This document shows positions 4,874 through 13,636 of a DNA stretch of 15,360 nucleotides, piece after piece. This DNA is from a virus. Taxonomy: Duplodnaviria; Heunggongvirae; Uroviricota; Caudoviricetes. The stretch covers positions 64,001 to 79,360 of the IMG/VR virus record IMGVR_UViG_3300029142_000001, one strand, 5' to 3'. The notes beneath the pieces are model-generated. The model was not told the origin of the DNA. It searched no databases and saw only the letters and a list, made by a program, of their open reading frames with translations. The position numbers were made by a program, and so were the translations under genes. How positions within the stretch are numbered: position 1 is the first letter of the stretch; each line of letters starts with the position of its first letter.

Positions 4874-5308
4874 ATGTCCACCACGACTGAAACCATTATT
4901 ACTGATTTCTCTCTTAGCATGTTCACTGGATCTCTGGATTTCTTCCAGCACAGTCTAATGCGTCGATTCGTCCATAGCGAGGGTGTCCAGTATGTTGCAG
5001 AGCAAGGGCGGGCCTATTGGTTCGTGGATCTCGTGGCCTCTCATGTGGCCTGTGGGAAGCTCAGAGGGCATATCCGGGCTGGGGATATGGTTGAGATTCG
5101 TTTGGTCGAAAACAAGACTCGAAACGGCGGCGCAAAGGCTCAGGTGATCTTCACGGACCCCAATACTGGGGAGAGTCAGAAGCCTGTCTGCCTTCAGCGG
5201 ATCCTTCAGACAGATTTCTGTTTTGATGGGCTGAAGAATCGGACTCTCCGTATGTTCCTCTCTTTTGATGGCTTGCGGTATACTCTTTTTCTGCCCAGTG
5301 AGTACTAA
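4874..5308 (+). CDS. DUF6876-like protein
   Basis: Motifs LSMFTGS..FFQH, SEGVQYVAEQGRAYWFVDLVAS, QRILQTDF and C-terminal LFLPSEY match the family as recalled. Start moved to ATG 4874 (AGGAG upstream). Confidence 0.75.
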   Translation: MSTTTETIITDFSLSMFTGSLDFFQHSLMRRFVHSEGVQYVAEQGRAYWFVDLVASHVACGKLRGHIRAGDMVEIRLVENKTRNGGAKAQVIFTDPNTGESQKPVCLQRILQTDFCFDGLKNRTLRMFLSFDGLRYTLFLPSEY

Positions 5309-5329
5309 AAAAAAATAATCACAGAAAAC

Positions 5330-5358
5330 TTGACAATGGTATTTTTAGTGGCTATTAT
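5330..5358 (+). promoter_or_regulatory. sigma70-type promoter
   Basis: TTGACA, 17 nt, TATTAT; A-rich upstream tract; leader hairpin GCGGG...CCCGC (5364-5382); AAAGGA before ATG 5409. Confidence 0.8.
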
Positions 5359-5408
5359 TAGGGGCGGGCAAATGAGACCCGCAAAGAAACCACCGAAAGG
5401 AATTTGAA

Positions 5409-6332
5409 ATGACGACTGCAACTCTTTCCACCGAAACGATTTCCGAAACCATTCGCTCTGCTTTCGATTTCAGCGTTGATAAGATGCCCCTCTCCGGTCC
5501 GGATAACATGAAGACCCCTCACTATGGTCTGTTCCGTTCGGACAATATGGCAAGCGTTGGAAAGGCCGTGTCCCGCACTTACAATCCCCATACGGTCGAT
5601 GATATCTGTGCCCTTGCAGAAGCAGCTTCAGAAGCTTTTGATGGTGCTTCTTCTGTCCAGGCTCATTGGCGAGATGGTCATTACATCACTGTTGCTCCTT
5701 CCAACGATCAGCAGCGAGCAGTTTTCGATAAGCGTTTTGTTGGTGCTGGAGCCCATGAAATTCGTGATGATTCCGATATCTACATTCCTCGTCTGATCAT
5801 TCGGGCTGGATATGATGGCCGAGCATTCACTGCCCAGCTTGGTATTTACCGTCTTGTATGCCGAAACCTTGCTGTGATCCCTGTTAAGGGCAAGTCGGTA
5901 TCTGCCTCAATCCGTCATACTTCAAATCTTCAAAATCGTGTTGAATCTCTGGCAGAAGATTTCCGCTCGATTCTTGCGAATGCAGATGATGTTGCCGAGG
6001 CAATTGATCAAGCAAACCGTCAGAAGGTCGATATGGCAGCCTTTATTCGGAAGGTTTACCCTCTCCGTGATGATGCCTCTCAGCGAGTTCAGAATGCCTA
6101 TGCTGCCCGTGTGGAGGCAATCATGAGTCGTCTCTACCGCGAGCGTAACGCTCTGGGCCTTCCTTCCGAGGATTACGGCACTGCAACCGCCTGGGAAGCT
6201 TACAACGCCGTTCAGGGTCATGTCCAGCATGAAGCACGCCGGAACAAGCGTCCTAGCCAGTTTGATCGGGCTCTGATGGCCCTTGAGGATCCGGCTGTTG
6301 CACGGGCGGCAGAACTTGCCTTCACTGCCTAA
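5409..6332 (+). CDS. DUF932/DUF945-like phage-plasmid protein
   Basis: GLFRSD, YDG.AFTAQLGIYRLVCRNL, SIRHT and TAWEAYNAVQ motifs are typical of the family as recalled. Confidence 0.8.
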   Translation: MTTATLSTETISETIRSAFDFSVDKMPLSGPDNMKTPHYGLFRSDNMASVGKAVSRTYNPHTVDDICALAEAASEAFDGASSVQAHWRDGHYITVAPSNDQQRAVFDKRFVGAGAHEIRDDSDIYIPRLIIRAGYDGRAFTAQLGIYRLVCRNLAVIPVKGKSVSASIRHTSNLQNRVESLAEDFRSILANADDVAEAIDQANRQKVDMAAFIRKVYPLRDDASQRVQNAYAARVEAIMSRLYRERNALGLPSEDYGTATAWEAYNAVQGHVQHEARRNKRPSQFDRALMALEDPAVARAAELAFTA

Positions 6333-6345
6333 TCCATTCATAAAC

Positions 6346-6369
6346 AAGCCTCCTGACGGGGGCTTTTTT
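6346..6369 (+). terminator. intrinsic terminator
   Basis: AAGCCTCC-TGAC-GGGGGCTT plus T-run, right after the stop codon. Confidence 0.9.
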
Positions 6370-6383
6370 ATTTCCCTCATATC

Positions 6384-6412
6384 TTGATTTTTTAATGATT
6401 AGATGCTATAAT
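6384..6412 (+). promoter_or_regulatory. sigma70-type promoter with extended -10
   Basis: TTGATT, 17 nt, TG-C-TATAAT; AGGAG then ATG 6430. Confidence 0.8.
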
Positions 6413-6429
6413 AGGTGAAGGAGAATATA

Positions 6430-7359
6430 ATGAAGCGTTCAGAAACAAAGTACAATGTTGGAGTGGTCATCGGTCGATTCCAGGTCCACGAACTTCATCC
6501 TGGACATGTAGAGCTTTTGAACTGGGTGAATGACAATCATGATACAATGATTGTCTTTCTTGGAAATTCTCCCGTTCTGAGTCGATCAAACCCTCTTCCA
6601 TATAATGCTCGTCGAATGATGATCCAAGAACAATATCCCGATGCTCTGGTACTTCCTCTGGATGATATGAGAGACGATAGGCTCTGGTCGGATCAAGTAG
6701 ATGATATGATCAGTCGGGTTGTCCGTCCTACCGAGACCGTATGCATTTACGGGTCTCGTGATAGCTTCATTCCTCACTACACTGGAAAGAACCAAACACA
6801 AGCGATGGAAGGGACCGGACATTTCTGGTCAGGATCCGAAGTCCGTGAAAAGATCGCAAACAAGACAGGAAAGAATGCAGATTTTCGGGCGGGGGCAATC
6901 TATGCTGCAAACGGAGCATATCCCCGAGTGATTCCTACGGTAGATGCGGCGGTATTTACAAAGGATGGCGATATCGTAATGGTCCGTAAGAACGGTGAAG
7001 ATAAGCTTCGATTCCCTGGTGGATATGTCGAGCCCGGATCTACATTTGCTTCAACCATTAAGAGAGAAATCCGCGAAGAGGTTGGAGATCTTGAAGTGAA
7101 TGTTTCTTATATTGGTGATCTTGAAATCGATGATTGGCGTTACCGAGGGAATCAGGATATTATTCATACTACAGTTTTCCGAGCGGATATTCTTTGGGGA
7201 GGTATTGGAAGATTCACTGATGTAGCAGAGATTGCGGAAACTGATATCGTAACTCAGACAAATCTACGACTTGGATATAGGGAATCTGTGGTTCCAGAAC
7301 ATCACGCAATTGTTGAAATGCTTATTATGGAAGGAATGCTTGATAATGAACCCGCTTGA
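6430..7359 (+). CDS. nadM: bifunctional NMN adenylyltransferase / Nudix (ADP-ribose) hydrolase, NadM-Nudix (NatV-like)
   Basis: IGRFQ, HPGH (HxGH) and NPL motifs; C-terminal Nudix box GGYVEPGSTFASTIKREIREEVG. Start re-assigned from GTG 6415 to ATG 6430. Confidence 0.92.
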   Translation: MKRSETKYNVGVVIGRFQVHELHPGHVELLNWVNDNHDTMIVFLGNSPVLSRSNPLPYNARRMMIQEQYPDALVLPLDDMRDDRLWSDQVDDMISRVVRPTETVCIYGSRDSFIPHYTGKNQTQAMEGTGHFWSGSEVREKIANKTGKNADFRAGAIYAANGAYPRVIPTVDAAVFTKDGDIVMVRKNGEDKLRFPGGYVEPGSTFASTIKREIREEVGDLEVNVSYIGDLEIDDWRYRGNQDIIHTTVFRADILWGGIGRFTDVAEIAETDIVTQTNLRLGYRESVVPEHHAIVEMLIMEGMLDNEPA

Positions 7360-7777
7360 TCAATTACCGAAAACAAAAGATGGAGTTACCATCGGTCCAT
7401 ATGATAGAGTTTATAAATGGTATATTCATTCACGAATTGGATTATTCAATCCATATTCTACATCACCAGATCAAAATAAAGAATGTTTTGAACAGAGATT
7501 GAAAGAATTTCCTCCCCCTCCAGAAGATGTTGAAAATATAAAAAAAGCATTTAGTAATAATTATTATATCACTCATCATGAATTGTTGTGGTTGTCTATG
7601 GGGTTTAATGAAGTAGGAATTTTATCTGCATCAAGTAGAGATTATGGATTTTTTCCAGTTTCGGAGTGCTATTCGACAAAAGAGCTTGCATTATCTGAGA
7701 AAGAACATTATAATCATTTTTGGGAAATTCAAGAAGACAGATTAAATCTCAATATCATATTATACAAAAAGGAATAA
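7346..7777 (+). CDS. hypothetical protein (LPKTKDG motif, 143 aa)
   Basis: ATG 7346 behind GGAAGGA, overlapping the nadM stop. Confidence 0.7.
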   Translation: MNPLDQLPKTKDGVTIGPYDRVYKWYIHSRIGLFNPYSTSPDQNKECFEQRLKEFPPPPEDVENIKKAFSNNYYITHHELLWLSMGFNEVGILSASSRDYGFFPVSECYSTKELALSEKEHYNHFWEIQEDRLNLNIILYKKE

Positions 7778-7780
7778 ATT

Positions 7781-8368
7781 TTGAACATTTTTGTATTAAA
7801 TAATGATCCATATCAATCTGCTATAGATCAATGTGATAAACATGTGGTCAAGATGATTCTTGAATCCTGTCAGATGATGTGTACCGCTCATAGAGTTATG
7901 CATGGTGAAATGGTTATTGGTAAGACTGCCAAGGGTAGAAATGTGAAGAGATGGATTCTTGAAGATGAATCCAATAATCAAACATTCTATATGGCTACTC
8001 ATGTAAATCATCCTTGTAATGTATGGGTTCGGGAATCTTTTGAAAATTATGTTTGGCTACATCAACACACAGAAGGATTGGTATCTGAGTTTCATTTCAG
8101 AAATAAGAAGTCTCATGCATGTGAACCACTCATCAAAATGCTTGAAGCTCCACCTTCAAATATTAAGCGTAATGGGCTAACTTCTTTTGCGTTGTGTATG
8201 CCTGAAGAATACCATCAAACAAATGATCCTGTTCAGTCTTATCGGGATTTTTATTACTGGGAAAAATATAGAAAGCTAGGGATTGCTGATTGGAATAAAG
8301 GTCGTGCAATGCCCAATTGGATGGGAGAATACAATGAAAGATACAAAGATGTTATGGAGAGAGTTTGA
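7781..8368 (+). CDS. pyrimidine dimer DNA glycosylase (DenV/endonuclease V-like family)
   Basis: MNIFVL, DKHVVKMILESCQM, THVNHPCNVWVRES, CMPEEY and DPVQSYR motifs; TTG start 7 nt after AAGGA. Confidence 0.8.
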   Translation: MNIFVLNNDPYQSAIDQCDKHVVKMILESCQMMCTAHRVMHGEMVIGKTAKGRNVKRWILEDESNNQTFYMATHVNHPCNVWVRESFENYVWLHQHTEGLVSEFHFRNKKSHACEPLIKMLEAPPSNIKRNGLTSFALCMPEEYHQTNDPVQSYRDFYYWEKYRKLGIADWNKGRAMPNWMGEYNERYKDVMERV

Positions 8369-8510
8369 TTCTGGAAAGAAACAGCTTGTAGGAATTGTGG
8401 ATAGATCAACGGAAATTCCAACTCCAACAAAAGATCAAATAGAATTGTTCGGAGTTAAAAGATATTATGTCACAGATGTATTTTGCATGGAACAGGAGAA
8501 AAATAAATGA
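8334..8510 (+). CDS. small hypothetical protein (58 aa)
   Basis: ATG 8334 behind GGGAG; its stop overlaps the next start (ATGA). Confidence 0.55.
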   Translation: MKDTKMLWREFDSGKKQLVGIVDRSTEIPTPTKDQIELFGVKRYYVTDVFCMEQEKNK

Positions 8511-9514
8511 CCATTACAAAGGAAAATAAAACAGTCGTAAAATTAATGGCCATTAGATCTAAAGATGAAATGGTTATTGCTTTTGATGGATATAATAATC
8601 GTTCTATTCCAAATTTTATTTTTAATGATGAATTGAAGGCAGAAAAGACATTTAGTAATTCGTGGTTTAAAATTCCTACATCTGAGATCAAATCTATTCA
8701 TGCTCCTGGAAAGAAGGTTATAGATTCTCAAAAATGGATTCTAAGGGATGAATCTTTGGAAAGTGCTAAAATTCCTTTGACTATTCGATATGATAAAGTA
8801 GAAATGGATGAGGATGGGGATTGGTCAGCACCTGAATATATGATGTATCAGTCGTTGTATAAGTTGGATGTCACATATAAGGAACTTTCACCAGAAGAAA
8901 TCGATTTCGAAATTAGATATATTTGTGATGATCTAAAAGAATTACCGAATGTTAGTAATTTTAAATATCCTACCGGAACAAGATGGGATAGATATGCAGG
9001 CAAGCATCATCCTACAAATATCACATACAAAGATATTGTAACTGGACCACAGGCAGCAATTTTTTATCCTGAAATTCTTCATCCTCTGCTTCCTTGTGAA
9101 TTAACACCGGAGCAATCATTCAAAATTATTCATAATTTCCTAGAAGAAAACATTGATAGATCTGTCGCATCATTCACTAGTTATGAGAATATTCAAATTC
9201 TTCATGTGAAAAAGATCATCGGATTACATACTCCATACTCTCATAAAGTGGATGTATCATCATTTCGATCTCGTAGGCCAAAATATGAAGATAGAATGGT
9301 TAAGACACGAGATAAAGAAATCTATACAATTGATGCAAAGAAGGGTGCAAATATTCCTGTATTCAGTGGAGATAGCCTAGAAGATCTTGACCGTAACATT
9401 TCTACCTATCTAAATGCGTTGATCGAATATATCAATACACCTGTTGTGGATTGCCCTACATGTGATGGATTTGGTATTGTTCATAAAGAATTCAAAGATC
9501 CTAGAGAGGAATAA
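8507..9514 (+). CDS. hypothetical protein with a C-terminal CPTCDGFG motif (335 aa)
   Basis: Long ORF, AGGAG upstream, a single DnaJ-type CxxCxGxG. Confidence 0.85.
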   Translation: MTITKENKTVVKLMAIRSKDEMVIAFDGYNNRSIPNFIFNDELKAEKTFSNSWFKIPTSEIKSIHAPGKKVIDSQKWILRDESLESAKIPLTIRYDKVEMDEDGDWSAPEYMMYQSLYKLDVTYKELSPEEIDFEIRYICDDLKELPNVSNFKYPTGTRWDRYAGKHHPTNITYKDIVTGPQAAIFYPEILHPLLPCELTPEQSFKIIHNFLEENIDRSVASFTSYENIQILHVKKIIGLHTPYSHKVDVSSFRSRRPKYEDRMVKTRDKEIYTIDAKKGANIPVFSGDSLEDLDRNISTYLNALIEYINTPVVDCPTCDGFGIVHKEFKDPREE

Positions 9515-9516
9515 GA

Positions 9517-9891
9517 ATGAAAATTATTGTTTGTGGTGGTCGTGATTTCACAGACTATAAATACATTAATTCAAATTTAGACGCATTACATCAAAGTCAA
9601 CCAATTACTTGTGTTGTACATGGAGATGCCCGTGGAGTAGATCGAGCAGCAGCACAATGGGCAACAAAGAATAAAATCATGGTGATTCCATATCCAGCAG
9701 ATTGGAACAAATATGGAAATAGTGCTGGTCCTATCCGCAATACTCTTATGTTAAAAGAAGAACGCCCGGAAGCAGTAGTTGCATTTCCGGGCGGTGCGGG
9801 AACTGATCATATGAAGAAAATTACGAAAAGAGAGAATATCCGATTGATCGAATTTGATCCAGATATGAATGTTCTTGAATTCTTATCCTGA
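9517..9891 (+). CDS. SLOG-superfamily protein (YspA/DUF2493-like)
   Basis: IIVCGGRDF, VVHGDARGVD, PADW..YG.SAGPIRN and VAFPGGAGT motifs. Confidence 0.9.
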   Translation: MKIIVCGGRDFTDYKYINSNLDALHQSQPITCVVHGDARGVDRAAAQWATKNKIMVIPYPADWNKYGNSAGPIRNTLMLKEERPEAVVAFPGGAGTDHMKKITKRENIRLIEFDPDMNVLEFLS

Positions 9892-12800
9892 AGTAATATT
9901 GTATTTTACTTCTACATCAATCGTATTGAGTGGTTCATCATCTACAGGGACATAACTATCTGTAAATGTCAATAGAATACTTCCTGATCCTGTAGATGTT
10001 GGTGTACCCGCAAGACGGAAAAGTTCTACAATATTATTTGTCTGAATCTTTTCAATTGTGATTCCATCTGGAAGAGGGAATGAAGGATCAACTGTAACAC
10101 TAACAGAATCTCCATCCAATACTTTTTCTGTGTCAATGATTTCAAGATTAATAGGAGTAATTGCTCCCCCAGATATTCCTACCATGTTGGGAATATTTTC
10201 GGTTAACAAGTAAATTCCTGGTTCTTCATTTTCATCAGGATCAACATATCCAAAATCTCCAGCTACAACAACTTCTGTAGCATTTGGATTGCCATTTCCT
10301 TCTACTCTAACCTCCCATCCTCTTTTTGTGAGAACGGCAGATTCTGCTTGACGCGGATTTAAGAAGGTTGGTCTATTTGCCTTGGTTGTTGTAACTCCCC
10401 AAGATCCAGCGGATTTTCTGATAGAAGATACAATTCCACCTGTTCCAAGAATACGATATGTGAATGTAATTCTGTAATCCACTGTTTGAGTAGCATCTTT
10501 AATAATGATTGTACCTGTTCTTAGAGCAGCGGCAGTATCTGTATTTCCATATACGGTAATGGTTGAAGATTCTCCTGGAGCTAATGTTGGAATAGAAGGT
10601 ACAAAGAATACTCCACCAAAGCTTAATTCTCCTTCAAAATCGAAGGTAAAATCTTCAAGAGTTAAACTACCAGTATTTGTAATTTTCAATGGAATTGATA
10701 AAGTAGATCCTATTGCATGACTTCCTTTATCTGTTGTCGATCCATTTGCGATCGGAGTACCATCAAGATTGGTTACACCAACACTTCTTGTATCCGCAGG
10801 GGCAGGATCTGTAACATTACCAGTTAGATTAAGAACAAAGGAAGAATCAAACGGGTTTGTTGTTACAAGGGTAAGAACAGAAGATTTCGCTCCTGTTGTG
10901 ATGGTTTCAAGAGAGGTTTGTAATCCGATTGTTGCTCCATCAGCAAGTGTAACACCAGCAGCGATTCCTTGACTGATTGCAAAATCACCAGTAATAGAAA
11001 CTGTGACAAATTCCATAACACCTGGACCACTATTTCCAATAACAAAATTTTGGTTTTGAATCGTATCTTGCTGAACATCTCCAAGTCCAAATGTTGCTCC
11101 ATCTGTAAATTGAGTTCCAAATGGATCGTATGCTGTTAAGCTACCAAATGATTCTGGGGTAGAAACTTCATCGTTTGGTGGAGCAATAGCAGCACCAAGA
11201 GCAGATGTAGTTCCTCTAACATTACCCCAAATATCATCATATAGAATAGAAGGAGTAAAGTCTGCTTCTGTTGTTCCGAGTGTTGGAATACCAATAGATT
11301 GAGAAATTCCCCAATCTTGAGTTGTAGTATTTGATCCAAAATCTATATTTGTCATGTTTGCATATTCTGAAATTGATCCTGTTGATTCATCAGAAATCAT
11401 ATTGAATCTGACAACATAACCAAAATCTTCTGGAATAGCTACATTTGGTCCAAACAATCTAGCAGTTGTATGTCCTGGAAGTCTTACTACTGTATTTGCT
11501 TGCATTCTGACTCTCATGGACATATCAGTAGCATTTAACCAAGGATTACTATCTTCTCCAATTTCTTGCCCACGGGTCACTCCATTGAACAGAGAGAAGC
11601 AAACAACATTTGTTTCAGTATAAGCGATGTTGTTTGAAACATTAATATCAAAAGATCCTTCTGATATGTTAAAATCTGCAAGTCCAGAAGCTGTTGTAGT
11701 TCTATTTGAAACATTTGAACTGATAATATTTCTTTGTGTTCTAGTTGGACTAGGAGCAGTCGCACCATGACGATACGCACCATCTAATTTATTTCCATAT
11801 ACAGTGTTATATCCGCCCTTCACAGTTCGAATAACATCTTTTCTATTTTCTTTGATAGAGTTGAATAGAAGATGGTAGCTCAAACATGGAGAAGTCTGAC
11901 GAATACCAGATTCGTTGTCTGAGATACCGAATGAACATCCGATTACAAACTGATTTGTATAGAATTTTTCGGCATTTGTTTCAGACATGAAATAAGCATC
12001 TTGGCCATCGTTCCAACAGTTCTGAATCAATAATCCATCAATATATGGTGTAGATGGTTGAGAATCTGAACTTGTTCTATTCCAAAAATTGGAAAGAGAA
12101 ACAAATCCATTATAGGTATCATTTGATCCTGCAATGGTGTTTACACCAGGAGATGGGTTGTTGTATTGATCAACATTTGCATCTCCGAATGCTCGCATGT
12201 TTGAATTTACAATCGCAACAAGTTCAGATCTAACAACTTCGATACATGGAGCAGAAGAATCATCGCTTCCATCCAAAATCGCAGAAGGTCTAAATTCTAT
12301 ATTATCAATAATAAAGTTTTTACATTGATCAATCTGAATTGGAGTGACATCACTCGCAGGTGGTCCGGTAACAGATCTGAAAACTGGCTTGGTACCAACA
12401 CCATTCCAATATACTTTCCAGTTATCATCGACAAATTCAATAGTTGTTGTGATTGTTTCTTCGTGCCCGGAAAGAATTCTTAAAGCAATATCATTGTTTC
12501 CTCGTTGAGCAGTTTCAGCAGCGGCAAGGGTTGAATAATCTCCACCAGATCCAACAGTATATTCAGTTCTGGAGTTTGCAGATACAGGAACATCCCAGCG
12601 AGCAGTAGCGGATTGGCCACTTGGATTAGTACATCTATAAAATACAACACCTTGGCCTTGTCCAAGAACTGGGATATATGCATTTCCTCGCATAAGACTT
12701 AATTTTTCAGATGTTGGTTCAGCACCCATCATATCAATAAGAATGCCTTCTCTTCTTGGATCATTTACATATCGATATCCATCTGAAATACCTAATGTTG

Positions 12801-13623
12801 AAGTAGCTCCAACCCACCATTGATGCATACACTGTTCCCATGAGGAACCGTCACCAGTACTTGATCCATCAAATACAATTTTGTATGAATAGTTTTCTGG
12901 TTTATCAGCATCAAATGTTCGTACATAGAATGTACTGTATCCTAAAGTATCATTGTCTCCATATCCATAAGAAAATCTATCCAAACTACCAACAGTTCCT
13001 TCTCTATAAGGAACCCCTGTTACTTTTGTATATTCTTCTTGAACAAGAGAAAAAGCACTCAAAGAAGGATCTGATGAACCTCCTGGAGTTAATGTAATTC
13101 TAACATTTGTAATTCCATCATATGCAATAAAATTGTATGAGAAATTTCTTGTTGTCGAAGAACCAGTTGTACTATTAGTTGTTTCTAAAAGAACTGTTTG
13201 AGAATCATTTGCATCAGTTACCAAAAATCCAGTGTTTTGTGGGTGTGATGGATATGTTAAAGTTCCTGATAGATCATAAAAATGACCTTCACTAACACCA
13301 ACAACAAGTTCGTATGATGCTCCTAATGCTCCTACAGATGCATTGGTAATAAGATCCCCAGCAAAAGAAACAGGAATAATTGGCCTTGCCCAGATTTCAG
13401 CATTGTAAAGACCATTCGATGTAATCGAAAGGTTTGGATCTCCACCACCAGCTTTAGTCAGATAAAATTCATTTGAATTTGTACCGCTTGTAACCCATTC
13501 GAATTCCTGTGATGGTCCAGACCAGATATGCTTTTCCAATCCAAATCCGCTTTTAAACAAGAATGGGCTATCTGCCACATTACCAGCAGGAAAATTCTGT
13601 AATTTGTTAATGACTGGGGCCAT
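9883..13623 (-). CDS. large virion-associated protein: pectin-lyase-like beta-helix, two choice-of-anchor-D/ASH-like Ig domains, T4-like GWxxR..EVxVA motif and C-terminal Ig-like domain
   Basis: 1246 aa, AAGGA RBS. YTVGSGGDYSTLAAA cap followed by N/D/I-rich repeats; F-I-x-N-x-G and LAPGES Ig motifs; LPDGITI...LAGTPT in the C-terminus. Confidence 0.7.
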   Translation of the reverse strand: MAPVINKLQNFPAGNVADSPFLFKSGFGLEKHIWSGPSQEFEWVTSGTNSNEFYLTKAGGGDPNLSITSNGLYNAEIWARPIIPVSFAGDLITNASVGALGASYELVVGVSEGHFYDLSGTLTYPSHPQNTGFLVTDANDSQTVLLETTNSTTGSSTTRNFSYNFIAYDGITNVRITLTPGGSSDPSLSAFSLVQEEYTKVTGVPYREGTVGSLDRFSYGYGDNDTLGYSTFYVRTFDADKPENYSYKIVFDGSSTGDGSSWEQCMHQWWVGATSTLGISDGYRYVNDPRREGILIDMMGAEPTSEKLSLMRGNAYIPVLGQGQGVVFYRCTNPSGQSATARWDVPVSANSRTEYTVGSGGDYSTLAAAETAQRGNNDIALRILSGHEETITTTIEFVDDNWKVYWNGVGTKPVFRSVTGPPASDVTPIQIDQCKNFIIDNIEFRPSAILDGSDDSSAPCIEVVRSELVAIVNSNMRAFGDANVDQYNNPSPGVNTIAGSNDTYNGFVSLSNFWNRTSSDSQPSTPYIDGLLIQNCWNDGQDAYFMSETNAEKFYTNQFVIGCSFGISDNESGIRQTSPCLSYHLLFNSIKENRKDVIRTVKGGYNTVYGNKLDGAYRHGATAPSPTRTQRNIISSNVSNRTTTASGLADFNISEGSFDINVSNNIAYTETNVVCFSLFNGVTRGQEIGEDSNPWLNATDMSMRVRMQANTVVRLPGHTTARLFGPNVAIPEDFGYVVRFNMISDESTGSISEYANMTNIDFGSNTTTQDWGISQSIGIPTLGTTEADFTPSILYDDIWGNVRGTTSALGAAIAPPNDEVSTPESFGSLTAYDPFGTQFTDGATFGLGDVQQDTIQNQNFVIGNSGPGVMEFVTVSITGDFAISQGIAAGVTLADGATIGLQTSLETITTGAKSSVLTLVTTNPFDSSFVLNLTGNVTDPAPADTRSVGVTNLDGTPIANGSTTDKGSHAIGSTLSIPLKITNTGSLTLEDFTFDFEGELSFGGVFFVPSIPTLAPGESSTITVYGNTDTAAALRTGTIIIKDATQTVDYRITFTYRILGTGGIVSSIRKSAGSWGVTTTKANRPTFLNPRQAESAVLTKRGWEVRVEGNGNPNATEVVVAGDFGYVDPDENEEPGIYLLTENIPNMVGISGGAITPINLEIIDTEKVLDGDSVSVTVDPSFPLPDGITIEKIQTNNIVELFRLAGTPTSTGSGSILLTFTDSYVPVDDEPLNTIDVEVKYNITSG

Positions 13624-13636
13624 TTAATATCCTTTG

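Noticed and set aside
7021-7089. Inactive Nudix domain (first Glu of GX5E replaced by Ser)
   Set aside because: The catalytic REIREE glutamates are intact, and this position varies among Nudix proteins.
7346-7357. MNPL as a relic of a replaced nampt start
   Set aside because: Four residues are not significant, and the rest of the ORF has no Nampt motifs.
9556-9563. TATAAATA on the + strand inside the SLOG gene
   Set aside because: No + strand gene lies downstream; such an 8-mer is expected by chance in AT-rich DNA.
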